This document shows, piece after piece, positions 7,313-17,202 of a stretch of 17,349 nucleotides of DNA. Within the stretch, counting starts at the first letter, position 1; each line of letters opens with the position of its first letter. The position numbers were made by a program, and so were the translations under genes. The DNA comes from Rhodospirillaceae bacterium (GTDB lineage: Bacteria > Pseudomonadota > Gammaproteobacteria > Steroidobacterales > Rariloculaceae), in assembly GCA_024640695.1 (NCBI GenBank), contig JAHEEM010000041.1, positions 1-17,349 of the forward strand, written 5' to 3'. The notes below the pieces were generated by a model. It worked only from the letters and a program-made list of their open reading frames with translations, ran no database searches and was not told where the DNA came from.

Positions 7313-7555
7313 ATGGGCTTAGGAGGGATCAGCATGTGGCAGCTGCTCATCGTCCTGGTGATCGTCTTACTGATCTTTGGCACGAAGCGGCTCCGAACGA
7401 TCGGCGGCGATCTGGGCGGAGCGCTCAAGGGTTTCCGGAAGGCCATGGACACCGACGAGCGCGACGATGATGAGAAGGCAGACCCCAAGCGCATCGACGA
7501 CGGCAAGCCGGACGCCGAGTTTGCCGAGCAGAAGGACAAGAGCGAGAGCAGCTGA
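7313..7555 (+). CDS. tatA: twin-arginine translocase subunit TatA
   Basis: 80 aa. [45 protein letters not shown] has a TM helix, the FG hinge and an amphipathic helix, followed by an acidic tail. Confidence 0.95.
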   Translation: MGLGGISMWQLLIVLVIVLLIFGTKRLRTIGGDLGGALKGFRKAMDTDERDDDEKADPKRIDDGKPDAEFAEQKDKSESS

Positions 7556-7558
7556 TCA

Positions 7559-7921
7559 ATGTTCGACGTCGGCTTCTGGGAGATTGCGCTGATCTTCATG
7601 CTCGGTCTCATGGTGCTCGGCCCGGAAAAGTTGCCGCGCATTGCCGCGCAGCTCGGCCGCTGGGTCGGTCGAGCCCGGCGGACCGCGACGCAGCTGCGTT
7701 ATCAGCTCGAGCGGGAACTCGACCTCGACGAGAAACCGCGCCCCCGCTACACCCCCCCGCCAAAAACTGCGCATATCGTTCCGCAGCCTGGCAAACAGCC
7801 TGACCGGCCCGTGGGCGGGGCGGACCAAAGCGAGACCCCGGCGGCAGCGCCTGCGGAGCCACCGGCCGAAGCGGAGGCAGCCAAGCCCGACACCGGGCGA
7901 GAGCGCGATAGCGGCACATGA
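7559..7921 (+). CDS. tatB: twin-arginine translocase subunit TatB
   Basis: 120 aa. MFDVGFWEIALIFMLGLMVLGPEKLPRIAAQLGRWVGRARR matches the TatB N-terminus. It starts 3 nt after the tatA stop and overlaps tatC by ATGA (7918-7921). Confidence 0.93.
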   Translation: MFDVGFWEIALIFMLGLMVLGPEKLPRIAAQLGRWVGRARRTATQLRYQLERELDLDEKPRPRYTPPPKTAHIVPQPGKQPDRPVGGADQSETPAAAPAEPPAEAEAAKPDTGRERDSGT

Positions 7922-8733
7922 GCACGCCGCATCCCGACCGACCGCTCGGTGAGAAACAGTCCGAGCAGGAAAAGCTCGCCGAAGGAACGCTCGTTTCGCA
8001 TCTCGTTGAGCTTCGGACACGTTTGTTGAGAGCGGCGGCGGCGATACTGCTGATTTTCATTTGTCTCGTTCCTTTCGCCGAGACCATATTTACGCTCGTC
8101 GCGACTCCGCTCATGGAAAAGCTGCCAGTGGGTGCGACGATGATCGCGACGCAGGTTGCCTCGCCCTTTCTGACGCCGTTTAAGATGACGCTGTTCGTGG
8201 CGCTGTTTCTCGCGATGCCCGTAATTCTCTATCAGATCTGGCGGTTCGTTGCGCCAGGGCTGTATAACAAAGAGAAGCGGTTCGCTTTTCCGCTGCTGGT
8301 CTCAAGCATTTTGCTGTTCTACGGCGGCGTTGCATTCGCCTACTACGTTGTCTTCCCGCTGATGTTCGGCTTCTTCGCGGCGGCGGCGCCCGAGGGCGTC
8401 ACGATGATGACTGATATCAACGCCTATCTGGATTTCATTTTGACGCTGTTTTTCGCTTTCGGTATGGCCTTCGAGGTACCGATCGCGACGGTCATGCTCG
8501 TCTGGAGCGGATTGGTCAAAACGGACGTCCTACGTAAGGCGAGAGCCTACGTCTTTCTCGGCGCATTCGTCCTCGGCATGTTTCTGACACCGCCGGATGC
8601 GATCTCTCAGACGCTGCTTGCGGTTCCTATCTACATCCTCTACGAGGCCGGCCTGATCCTGTGCCGGGTGCTGGGTGTAGAGCAGCGGCGCGATGAGGAG
8701 TCGGAGGACGAGGAGAACTCGATTGCGGGCTGA
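7918..8733 (+). CDS. tatC: twin-arginine translocase subunit TatC
   Basis: 271 aa, six-TM protein. It has LVSHLVELRTRLLRAAAAILLIF and the FLTPFKMTL and FLTPPDAISQ motifs characteristic of TatC. Confidence 0.95.
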   Translation: MSTPHPDRPLGEKQSEQEKLAEGTLVSHLVELRTRLLRAAAAILLIFICLVPFAETIFTLVATPLMEKLPVGATMIATQVASPFLTPFKMTLFVALFLAMPVILYQIWRFVAPGLYNKEKRFAFPLLVSSILLFYGGVAFAYYVVFPLMFGFFAAAAPEGVTMMTDINAYLDFILTLFFAFGMAFEVPIATVMLVWSGLVKTDVLRKARAYVFLGAFVLGMFLTPPDAISQTLLAVPIYILYEAGLILCRVLGVEQRRDEESEDEENSIAG

Positions 8734-8780
8734 ACTTAGCCGCCGCTGTATCGCGGAGACGCTGCAGCTGTGCGCTCCGA

Positions 8781-10298
<1,518 letters not shown>

Positions 10299-10348
10299 GC
10301 CGAGCCCGGCGCCATTACCGACCGTAAATAACAGGGGGGGGGTTCTCG

Positions 10349-12259
10349 ATGCTGACTTCGCAACCGCTGCCGCAACTTACGCTCAAGGCGGTCGTACTCG
10401 GACTCATCCTCTCCATGATTCTTGCCGGCGCGAACGCATATCTGGGCCTGTTCGCCGGCATGACCGTATCTGCCTCTATTCCGGCGGCTGTGATATCCAT
10501 GGCCGTTCTGCGGCTGTTCAAGAACTCCAACATCCTCGAGAACAACATCGTGCAGACTGCGGCGTCGGCGGGCGAATCGCTCGCCGCGGGTGTGATTTTC
10601 ACCATGCCAGCGCTGATCATTCTCGGCTACTGGAACGTGTTCGATTATCTCTGGGTCACGATGATCGCAGGGCTCGGTGGCCTGCTCGGAGTGTTGTTCA
10701 CGATTCCGTTGCGGCGCTCCCTCATCGTCGAGGAAAAGCTTGCCTATCCCGAAGGCACTGCGACCGCGGAGGTGCTCAAGGCGGGCTCCGCGGGAGGGCA
10801 AGGCGCGAAGTTTCTGGCAATCGCGGGCCTGCTCGGCGCCGCGACGAAACTGGTCGAGACGGGGCTTAGGCTCTGGTCTGGCACGGCGCAGGCGGCGACC
10901 TATCTCGGCACAAGCACCATCGCGTATGTCGGTATGAATCTATCGCCGGCGCTCGTGAGCGTCGGTTATATCGTGGGCCTTAACATCGCCGTGCTAGTGT
11001 TCCTAGGCGGTGCGATCTCATGGTATGTCGCGATTCCAATTTATTCGACGCTGCTCCTCGACGGCAACCCGGCGCTCGCGGCGGAGTTTGCTGCAGGCAT
11101 GTCGGCAACCGATCTGGCGTTCTCGATCTGGACTTCGCAGATTCGTTACCTCGGCGTCGGCGCGATGCTCGTCGGCGGTATCTGGGCCCTGGTCTCGATG
11201 CGCGGTTCCCTGGTATCCGGAGTTGCCAGCGGCTTGCGCGCCGACCGCGCGGCATCGGCAAACCCTTACGATCACACTCAGCACGACACGCCGATGAAGC
11301 TAGTCCTCGTTGGTATTGCTCTATTCATCGTGCCGATTTTTGTGATCTATGAGAGCATCGTCGCGAATGTCGGAGTGGCGCTTGCGATGACCGTGATTAT
11401 GGTCATCGCGGGGTTTCTGTTCTCTTCGGTCGCGGCCTACATGGCGGGCTTGGTCGGTTCCTCGAACAATCCGATCTCGGGGATCACGATCGCAACGATA
11501 TTGTTTACTTCACTGCTGCTGCTCTGGCTCATGGGTGGGGATGCCTCGAACGGTCCGGCTGCAGCGATCATGGTTGGGGCAGTCGTGTGCTGCGCCGCGG
11601 CGATCGCCGGTGATAATCTGCAGGACCTCAAAGCGGGCTACATCGTTGGCGCCACACCCTGGAAACAGCAGGTCATGCAAGGCGTCGGCGTCGTCAGTGC
11701 GGTGCTCGTGATGGCACCGATTCTCAATCTGTTGCTGCAAGCCTACGGCATAGGGGCGCGAAGCCCGGAGCACCCGAACGCGCTGCTGGCACCGCAAGCG
11801 ACACTCATGGCCTCGGTCGCCGAGGGCGTGTTCGGCGCGGGGCTGCCGTGGGGCATGGTGGCGGCAGGGGCCGGGATCGGCGCTGGAATCATCGCGGTCG
11901 ACGAGTATCTCAAAACAACCGACGCGGCGTGGCGCGCACCCGTGCTTGCCGTAGCCGTCGGCATCTATCTGCCGCTCGAGCTGTCAGTGGCCATTCTCCT
12001 CGGCGGTCTTGTGGCCTACGCAGCAAGCGGGCGGGCCGCCGGCGACGCTGACTCCGCAGCGAAGAGCCACGGCATGCTTTTCGCTGCAGGGCTGATCACG
12101 GGCGAGGCGCTGATCGGCATCTTTATGGCGATTCCGATCGTGCTCACTGGTGACCCGAACGTGATCGCCATCGACGGCGGCGTGCCGAGCATTGTCGGGT
12201 TGCTCGTGATCGGCGCGATCACGGCACTGCTGTACCGCGTTGCGACTAAACGCAGTTGA
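10349..12259 (+). CDS. OPT-family oligopeptide transporter
   Basis: 636 aa and highly polytopic. The N-terminal LTLKAVVLGLILSMILAGANAYLGLFAGMTVSASIPAAVISMAVLR, and later YPEGTATAEVLKAG and LQDLKAGYIVGATPWKQQ, match the bacterial OPT superfamily. The ATG is preceded by a G-rich RBS. Confidence 0.9.
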   Translation: MLTSQPLPQLTLKAVVLGLILSMILAGANAYLGLFAGMTVSASIPAAVISMAVLRLFKNSNILENNIVQTAASAGESLAAGVIFTMPALIILGYWNVFDYLWVTMIAGLGGLLGVLFTIPLRRSLIVEEKLAYPEGTATAEVLKAGSAGGQGAKFLAIAGLLGAATKLVETGLRLWSGTAQAATYLGTSTIAYVGMNLSPALVSVGYIVGLNIAVLVFLGGAISWYVAIPIYSTLLLDGNPALAAEFAAGMSATDLAFSIWTSQIRYLGVGAMLVGGIWALVSMRGSLVSGVASGLRADRAASANPYDHTQHDTPMKLVLVGIALFIVPIFVIYESIVANVGVALAMTVIMVIAGFLFSSVAAYMAGLVGSSNNPISGITIATILFTSLLLLWLMGGDASNGPAAAIMVGAVVCCAAAIAGDNLQDLKAGYIVGATPWKQQVMQGVGVVSAVLVMAPILNLLLQAYGIGARSPEHPNALLAPQATLMASVAEGVFGAGLPWGMVAAGAGIGAGIIAVDEYLKTTDAAWRAPVLAVAVGIYLPLELSVAILLGGLVAYAASGRAAGDADSAAKSHGMLFAAGLITGEALIGIFMAIPIVLTGDPNVIAIDGGVPSIVGLLVIGAITALLYRVATKRS

Positions 12260-12292
12260 GAGAGGCCCAGCGACGTTCAGCGCAACGGCAGA

Positions 12293-12505
12293 TCAGCGTT
12301 TAAACAGCAGATTAATGATCAATGTCAGCCCGAGGCTCAGTATGATCATCGACGTTATAGGAATGAAGACTCGTGTGCCATCTCGTTCGATATGAATGTC
12401 CCCGGGTAGCCGGCCGAACCAGCTGAGCAGGCCCGGTGCAAACTGTAGCGCTAACCCTATTATCAGCAACGCGACGCCACTGATGATGAATAGTTTTGCC
12501 AGCAT
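12293..12505 (-). CDS. DUF2905 family small membrane protein
   Basis: MLAKLFIISGVALLIIGLALQFAPGLLSWFGRLPGDIHIERDGTRVFIPITSMIILSLGLTLIINLLFKR has two TM helices flanking the GRLPGDI motif typical of DUF2905. I prefer the ATG at 12503-12505. The 87-aa version starting at 12556 would overlap the divergent aminotransferase gene. Confidence 0.8.
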   Translation of the reverse strand: MLAKLFIISGVALLIIGLALQFAPGLLSWFGRLPGDIHIERDGTRVFIPITSMIILSLGLTLIINLLFKR

Positions 12506-12550
12506 GGATACGCGGCCCCTTGAATGGGCGCCCGATCGACGCGCGCCCTG

Positions 12551-13699
12551 ATGCAACCGATACGAAGCAAGCTGCCCGGAGTCGGGACGACGATTTTCAC
12601 CGTCATGTCGCGGCTGGCCGAGCAGTCTGGTGCGATCAATCTATCGCAGGGCTTCCCGGATTTCCAACCGCCCGGGGCGCTGCTCGATCTCGTCAGTGAG
12701 CACCTGCAGCGCGGCCACAATCAGTACGCACCGATGGCCGGCATCAGCTCGCTAAGAGAGCAGATTGCCGAGAAGACAGCTGCACTCTACGGGAGGAAAG
12801 TCGATTCTGATACTGAAATTACTGTCACGAGCGGCGCAACGGAGGCGCTGTTCTGCGCCATCCATGCGGTCGTCCGTGCGGGTGAGCAAATCATCGTTTT
12901 CGATCCCGCATACGATTCATACGAGCCTGCTGCGGCCCTTGCCGGTGCCGAGACTATTCATATACCGCTATGTATGCCCGATTTTTCGATCGACTGGGAG
13001 CGGCTGGAGTCGGCGCTGAGCCCGCGCGTACGCCTCGTCATCATCAACTCGCCGCACAATCCGACAGGGTCGATTCTTACGCGCGAGGACTTGGACCGTT
13101 TGGCTGCGATGCTTGCAGATTACGACTGCTACGTCGTCAGCGACGAGGTTTATGAGCACATCGTCTTCGATGGTCTCGGTCACGCCAGCGTTCTCGCCCA
13201 TCCGGAGCTCGCGTCGCGCAGCTTTGCCGTATTCTCTTTCGGCAAGACGTATCACGCGACGGGATGGAAGATCGGCTACTGCATAGCACCAGCGGCGCTC
13301 ACGGAAGAGTTTCGGCGAGTGCATCAGTTCAATACTTTCGCAACGGTCACGCCATTGCAGTATGCGCTTGCCGATTTCCTCGCGCGCGGCGCGGCGCACC
13401 ACTTAGGTCTGGCAAGCTTCTATCAGCAGAAGCGGGACTTTTTCGTCGAAGCCATGCGCGGCTCCAGATTCACGATGACGCCTTCACGCGGCACTTATTT
13501 CCAGCTTGCCGAGTACGCGTCGATATCTGACTTGCCCGACCACGAGTTTGCACGCTTGCTGACGGAAACCCACAAAGTAGCCGTAATTCCCGTAACGGCC
13601 TTCTATAAGTCACCACCTGACACGCGGCTCGTGCGGTTCTGCTTCGCGAAGGAACTCGCGACCTTGCAGACGGCGGCGGCCCGGCTACGAGAGCTATGA
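12551..13699 (+). CDS. PLP-dependent class I aminotransferase (methionine/kynurenine aminotransferase-like, YbdL type)
   Basis: MQPIRSKLPGVGTTIFTVMSRLAEQSGAINLSQGFPDF...NQYAPMAGI...NSPHNPTG...SFGKTYHATGWKIGY (PLP lysine)...RFCFAK. I prefer the ATG at 12551 to the upstream start at 12524. Substrate specificity cannot be read from the sequence. Confidence 0.9.
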   Translation: MQPIRSKLPGVGTTIFTVMSRLAEQSGAINLSQGFPDFQPPGALLDLVSEHLQRGHNQYAPMAGISSLREQIAEKTAALYGRKVDSDTEITVTSGATEALFCAIHAVVRAGEQIIVFDPAYDSYEPAAALAGAETIHIPLCMPDFSIDWERLESALSPRVRLVIINSPHNPTGSILTREDLDRLAAMLADYDCYVVSDEVYEHIVFDGLGHASVLAHPELASRSFAVFSFGKTYHATGWKIGYCIAPAALTEEFRRVHQFNTFATVTPLQYALADFLARGAAHHLGLASFYQQKRDFFVEAMRGSRFTMTPSRGTYFQLAEYASISDLPDHEFARLLTETHKVAVIPVTAFYKSPPDTRLVRFCFAKELATLQTAAARLREL

Positions 13700-13836
13700 T
13701 TAACTTGCGCGGCGGCTGACCGCGCGCGGCGGAGACTGTACCATTGCCCGGCATGTCTTCGAACGGCCGCGATAAGAACCATTCTCAGAGTCCCGTGTGT
13801 GCGGGCGGTGCGCTTCAGCGGACGTCGTAGCTGGTT

Positions 13837-14763
13837 GTGGAACCGCTAGCCGCCAAGCAGATTACGACGCTCGACCCGCGCCAGATTCGTCTGATGAGCG
13901 TGGCGGGATACGCCTCGGTCGGTGTGGCGCTGACCTTGATCGCGCTCAAGACATGGGCGTGGTTTGCAACCGGGTCGATTGCGCTGCTGAGCTCGCTGGC
14001 AGACTCGCTGCTCGATCTGCTCGCCTCGGGCGTCACCTTGTTCGCGGTTAAAGTCGCCGTGTCTCCAGCCGATCGCGAGCATCGCTTTGGGCACGGCAAG
14101 TCCGAAGGTATTGCCGGCGTCGTTCAGGCGGTGATCATCACTGGCTCGGCGGGCTACGTGTGCGTTCAGGCAGTCGACCGATTAATCACCCCGAGCCCTG
14201 TAGAGAGCCCAGCTGTCGGTTTCTTTGTGATGCTGGCCTCGCTCGTGCTCACGATTGCGTTGGTGTTGCTGCAGCGCTATGTCGTGGCGCATACGGGATC
14301 GCTGGCGATTGCCGCCGACGCGGCCCACTATCGCTCGGACGTCCTAACAACGCTCGCCGTGTTACTGGCGATCTTCCTGTCGACGCAGTTCGGGCTGCAT
14401 ATTCTCGACCCACTGCTCGCATTAGTCGTCGTTGCTCTGATCCTCTGGAGTGTCTATACGATCATCCTGGCGGCGCTGAACGTCTTGTTAGACCGTGAGC
14501 TTGAGGATATCGATCGCAAGCGCATCGCGGAAATCGCACGTGCCCATCCCGAGGTTCGGGGCCTGCACGACATGCGCACGCGCTCATCCGGCGCAGCGCA
14601 GTTTATTCAGTTTCATCTGGAGCTCGACCCGAAAATGAGCTTGACTCGGGCTCACGAGATTTGCGATGCGGTCGAGGAAAAAGTGCAGCAGAGTTTCCCG
14701 GCGGCTGAGGTTTTGATCCACGCTGACCCGCACGGCTTGCCAGAGAATCGCGACCCTTTCTGA
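13837..14763 (+). CDS. fieF: cation diffusion facilitator family metal efflux transporter (FieF/YiiP-like)
   Basis: 308 aa and colinear with E. coli FieF. It has the TM2 LADSLLD and TM5 HYRSD metal-site residues, the REHRFGHGKSEG motif, and a cytoplasmic C-terminal domain (HDMRTRSSGAAQFIQFHLEL...VLIHADP). The GTG start is uncertain; an ATG at 13894 is an alternative. Confidence 0.88.
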   Translation: MEPLAAKQITTLDPRQIRLMSVAGYASVGVALTLIALKTWAWFATGSIALLSSLADSLLDLLASGVTLFAVKVAVSPADREHRFGHGKSEGIAGVVQAVIITGSAGYVCVQAVDRLITPSPVESPAVGFFVMLASLVLTIALVLLQRYVVAHTGSLAIAADAAHYRSDVLTTLAVLLAIFLSTQFGLHILDPLLALVVVALILWSVYTIILAALNVLLDRELEDIDRKRIAEIARAHPEVRGLHDMRTRSSGAAQFIQFHLELDPKMSLTRAHEICDAVEEKVQQSFPAAEVLIHADPHGLPENRDPF

Positions 14764-14798
14764 GAGACCGCGACAGCCAGGCGCTGCCGCGAGGCCGG

Positions 14799-15542
14799 CT
14801 ACTCCCCAGCGCGCTCCATCGCAACAAGCTCGTTGATGACCTCAAGCAAGTTTGGGTAACTTCCGGCCATCGTCGCGTTGGTGGTGTACTTGCCGTTGAC
14901 GATGACCATCGGGACGCTCGAGACCCGGTATCGACGTGCGAGCTCGTCAGCACGCTGAATTTTCGTATGGATGGCAAACGACTCGAAGGTTTTGTCGAAG
15001 GTCGCAGCGTCCACTCCGAAGCCGCTGAAGAAGTTGCGGATCGCCGCGGGGTTATCGAGCCCATTGCGGTTGACGTGAATTTCGCGGAAGGTCGCCGCGT
15101 GCATCTCATCAAGCTTGTTCAATGCCTCTGCGGTGTAATAGACCCGCGCGTGAACCTGGAGCAGTTCATTCCATAGCGCCGGAATGCGAACGAAGCTCAC
15201 ATCGGCCGGAAGGTCCTCCTTCCAGCTTTCGAGGTAGGGATCGAACGTGTAGCAGTGCGGGCAGCCGTACCAAAAGACCTCGGCGACCTCAATTTTATCG
15301 GGGCCCGAACTCGTTGGCTGAGTCGGCGACAAGCGCTCATATTCCTTGCCCAGCGTGAACTGCCGTGCCGCGGTGTCGACCTGGGCCAATACGATCGGCT
15401 TCTGCGTAGCTGGCGCCACCGCAGCGTTGGAAGCGCTCGACGGCTGCGCTACTTCCTGCGCCGAGATGCGCCAAGTGAGGGTGATCGCCGCAACCAGAGC
15501 CAGAGGGATCAGCGCGGAGCGGAAAATTTTCTTGAATAACAC
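14799..15542 (-). CDS. dsbA: thiol:disulfide interchange protein DsbA (with extended N-terminal linker)
   Basis: 247 aa with a GTG start preceded by AGGAGA. The signal peptide is MLFKKIFRSALIPLALVAAITLTWRISA. The thioredoxin-fold active site is FWYGCPHCY, and the downstream DsbA helical insert and the VSSVPMVIVNGKY cis-Pro region are present. Confidence 0.92.
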   Translation of the reverse strand: MLFKKIFRSALIPLALVAAITLTWRISAQEVAQPSSASNAAVAPATQKPIVLAQVDTAARQFTLGKEYERLSPTQPTSSGPDKIEVAEVFWYGCPHCYTFDPYLESWKEDLPADVSFVRIPALWNELLQVHARVYYTAEALNKLDEMHAATFREIHVNRNGLDNPAAIRNFFSGFGVDAATFDKTFESFAIHTKIQRADELARRYRVSSVPMVIVNGKYTTNATMAGSYPNLLEVINELVAMERAGE

Positions 15543-15565
15543 TTGAGCTTCTCCTGGTTAGTGGC

Positions 15566-16201
15566 TCAACGTAGACCCTGCATGTAGCTTGCCACGGCCT
15601 GCATCTCGGCCTCGCTGAGCTGGGACGCTATCTCGCGCATCATGAGGTTCGACCCGGCGTCAGAACGGCGCGTGCCGGCGGCATAGGCTTTGAGTGTGTT
15701 TACGATATAGGTTGCATGCTGCCCGCTGACGGCTGGGTAGCCTGCGAGTGGATTACCCTTGCCGGAAGGTCCGTGACACGCGATACACGCCGGCACGCCT
15801 CGATCCGCCGCGCCTGCCTTGTAGAGCTGCTCGCCGACCGCGACGACTTCGGGGTCGGCGCCTTTCGGCGCCATGGCCTGAGCTTCGAAGTAGGCTGTCA
15901 GATCTGCGATGTCTTGGTCGGACAGCGCTGCAGCGAAGCTCGACATCAGAACGTCTTCGCGGTCACCGGCCTTGAACGCTATGAGCTGGCGCGAGAGATA
16001 CTCGGCGTGCTGGCCCGCAAGGCTCGGCCACATCGGGTTGATGCTGTTGCCGTCCGCGCCGTGACAGGCCGCGCAAACCGCGGCTTTGCTCTGTCCGGCC
16101 GACGCCGATCCTTGCGCGACGCTCTCGCCGCTTGCCGCCAGCAGCGCGAGCATGCAGAACAGGCTAAAAAGGCTGTTACCGCTGCCGTCGCGAGACGGCA
16201 A
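15566..16201 (-). CDS. dihaem cytochrome c4
   Basis: There are two class-I c-type modules with CAACHGADGNS and CIACHGPSGKGNP, each followed by a Met-ligand segment (DVLMSSF and NLMMREI). The stop lies 23 nt upstream of the dsbA start, so an operon is likely. The start is ambiguous. The track uses GTG 16270. I favour TTG 16199-16201, which has AAGGA just upstream and yields a plausible signal peptide (PSRDGSGNSLFSLFCMLALLAASGESVA). GTG 16219 is also possible. Confidence 0.88.
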   Translation of the reverse strand: MPSRDGSGNSLFSLFCMLALLAASGESVAQGSASAGQSKAAVCAACHGADGNSINPMWPSLAGQHAEYLSRQLIAFKAGDREDVLMSSFAAALSDQDIADLTAYFEAQAMAPKGADPEVVAVGEQLYKAGAADRGVPACIACHGPSGKGNPLAGYPAVSGQHATYIVNTLKAYAAGTRRSDAGSNLMMREIASQLSEAEMQAVASYMQGLR

Positions 16202-16317
16202 AAAATCCTTATACACCACGCTCTTAGAACCTCGTTTCAGAATCCTTGCAAACGGCCGGGAATTGTACACTATGAACCTGAACCCAGCATGACCGGGGCC
16301 CGGTTGCCCCTCGAATT

Positions 16318-16920
16318 ATGACCAGTGGCCTCGACCCGAGTTTCATGACGGGCGCTCGCAGCGCCAAGCAATTTCCGGCGGATTCAGGCCTGGAGGTGGC
16401 TTTCGCGGGGCGCTCGAATTCCGGTAAATCAAGCGCGATCAACGCAATTACCGGGCGAACGCGGCTCGCCCGAACGAGCAAGACGCCGGGGCGGACGCGT
16501 GAGATCAACTTCTTCTCTATGGCCGAGGACCGCCGGCTCGTCGACCTGCCCGGGTATGGCTATGCGAAGGTGAATGCGTCTTTGCGCGACCAATGGCGCG
16601 AACTTCTCGAGCAATACTTCCGCCAGCGGCGTTCATTGCGTGGACTGTTCGTGACCGTCGACATTCGCCGCGGCATCGGCGATTTGGATCGGGTCATGCT
16701 GAGCTGGGGCGAAGCCGCTCGCGTGCCCGCCGCGGTGCTGCTGACCAAGACCGACAAGCTTAGCCGCAGCGCCGGTCTCGCCCGCTGTCGCGAGATCAGC
16801 ACAGTGCTGGCGGCCGACACCCCGCTGCTGCTGTTCTCCGCCACGAGCCGCTTGGGGGTGGCGCAAGCCCGCGCGCAGCTCGTCGCGTGGCTGGGGCTCG
16901 AATCGCCTGCAATTGCGTGA
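16318..16920 (+). CDS. engB: ribosome biogenesis GTP-binding protein EngB/YihA
   Basis: 200 aa. It has G1 GRSNSGKSS, TSKTPGRTREINFF, G3 DLPGYGYAKV and G4 LLTKTDKL. It is divergent from cytochrome c4 and convergent with polA, as in Pseudomonas and enterobacteria. Confidence 0.93.
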   Translation: MTSGLDPSFMTGARSAKQFPADSGLEVAFAGRSNSGKSSAINAITGRTRLARTSKTPGRTREINFFSMAEDRRLVDLPGYGYAKVNASLRDQWRELLEQYFRQRRSLRGLFVTVDIRRGIGDLDRVMLSWGEAARVPAAVLLTKTDKLSRSAGLARCREISTVLAADTPLLLFSATSRLGVAQARAQLVAWLGLESPAIA

Positions 16921-16970
16921 TCTTCGGCAAACCCTGCGGTTGCGTAGAGACCGCTTCTGAGGACCGCCGG

Positions 16971-17019
16971 AAGATAAAATTGGCCCCGGGCGCTGGATTC
17001 TGGGGAAGCGCCCGGGGCC
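16971..17019 (-). terminator. Rho-independent terminator-like hairpin (minus-strand orientation; possibly bidirectional)
   Basis: A perfect 13-bp GC-rich stem, GGCCCCGGGCGCT (16982-16994) / AGCGCCCGGGGCC (17007-17019), has a 12-nt loop. On the minus strand it is followed by AATTTTATCTT (16981-16971). On the plus strand it is followed by GAAGAGCC, with no T-tract. Confidence 0.65.
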
Positions 17020-17202
17020 GAAGAGCCCGGTATGGGGTCACCGGGTTGTTAGTCCCGCTTAGGGAGGCTAGCGGGGGGCGCGAAAACGGCCCGTCAAGTT
17101 AGTTACCGGCGACCGGGAAAAAGTTCCGCGCGAGGGTCCCGGAAAACGACCCTGCGCCTGGTGCGCCATGGTGCCGATAGCGACCCCCTGATCCGAGGGC
17201 TT

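Noticed and set aside
6568-7641. 357-aa minus-strand ORF spanning the dtd leader, dtd, tatA and the start of tatB
   Set aside because: It is antisense to three well-supported genes. Its translation is low-complexity, Ser/Arg/Ala/Pro-rich, and matches no recognisable family. This is a typical stop-codon-poor shadow frame in GC-rich DNA.
12506-12556. Extended starts for both divergent genes (DUF2905 from 12556, aminotransferase from 12524), which would make them overlap head-to-head
   Set aside because: The extensions add Arg-rich non-homologous N-termini. The internal ATGs at 12505 and 12551 give family-typical N-termini (MLAKLFII... and MQPIRSKLPGVGTTIF...).
13707-13725. Short GC hairpins after the aminotransferase gene (GCGCGG/CCGCGC) and between the convergent CDF and dsbA genes (14770-14790), considered as possible terminators
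   Set aside because: The stems are only 6-8 bp, one has a mismatch, and neither strand has a U-tract. This is not strong enough to annotate as terminators from sequence alone.
13771-13786. GATAAGAACCATTCTC upstream of the FieF-like CDF gene, which looked like a possible Fur/Zur-type box
   Set aside because: It is only a partial palindrome, with 4 of 6 arm positions pairing, and is shorter than the 19-bp Fur consensus. That is too weak to call without a position-weight-matrix scan or conservation data.
15716-16321. 201-aa plus-strand ORF antisense to cytochrome c4
   Set aside because: The minus-strand frame encodes two intact CxxCH haem-binding modules. The plus-strand frame is Arg/Ala-rich with no motifs.
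17060-17075. Perfect Shine-Dalgarno-like AGGGAGG on the plus strand inside the polA-engB spacer, and the 71-aa ORF at 16887-17102
   Set aside because: No ATG, GTG or TTG lies at a suitable distance downstream of the SD-like motif. The 71-aa ORF starts far upstream inside engB, in another frame, and has an Arg/Gly-rich shadow composition. The motif is better explained as one arm and loop of an RNA hairpin.
17100-17126. GAACTT (minus strand) as a sigma-E/AlgU-type promoter for the putative polA-engB spacer RNA
   Set aside because: Only the -35 hexamer matches. The -10 region at 16-17 nt spacing (AACTA/ACTAA) does not resemble TCTGA/TCAAA. A nearby TTGACG (17097-17092, minus strand) also lacks a credible -10. 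I kept this as a note in the finding and not as a promoter feature.
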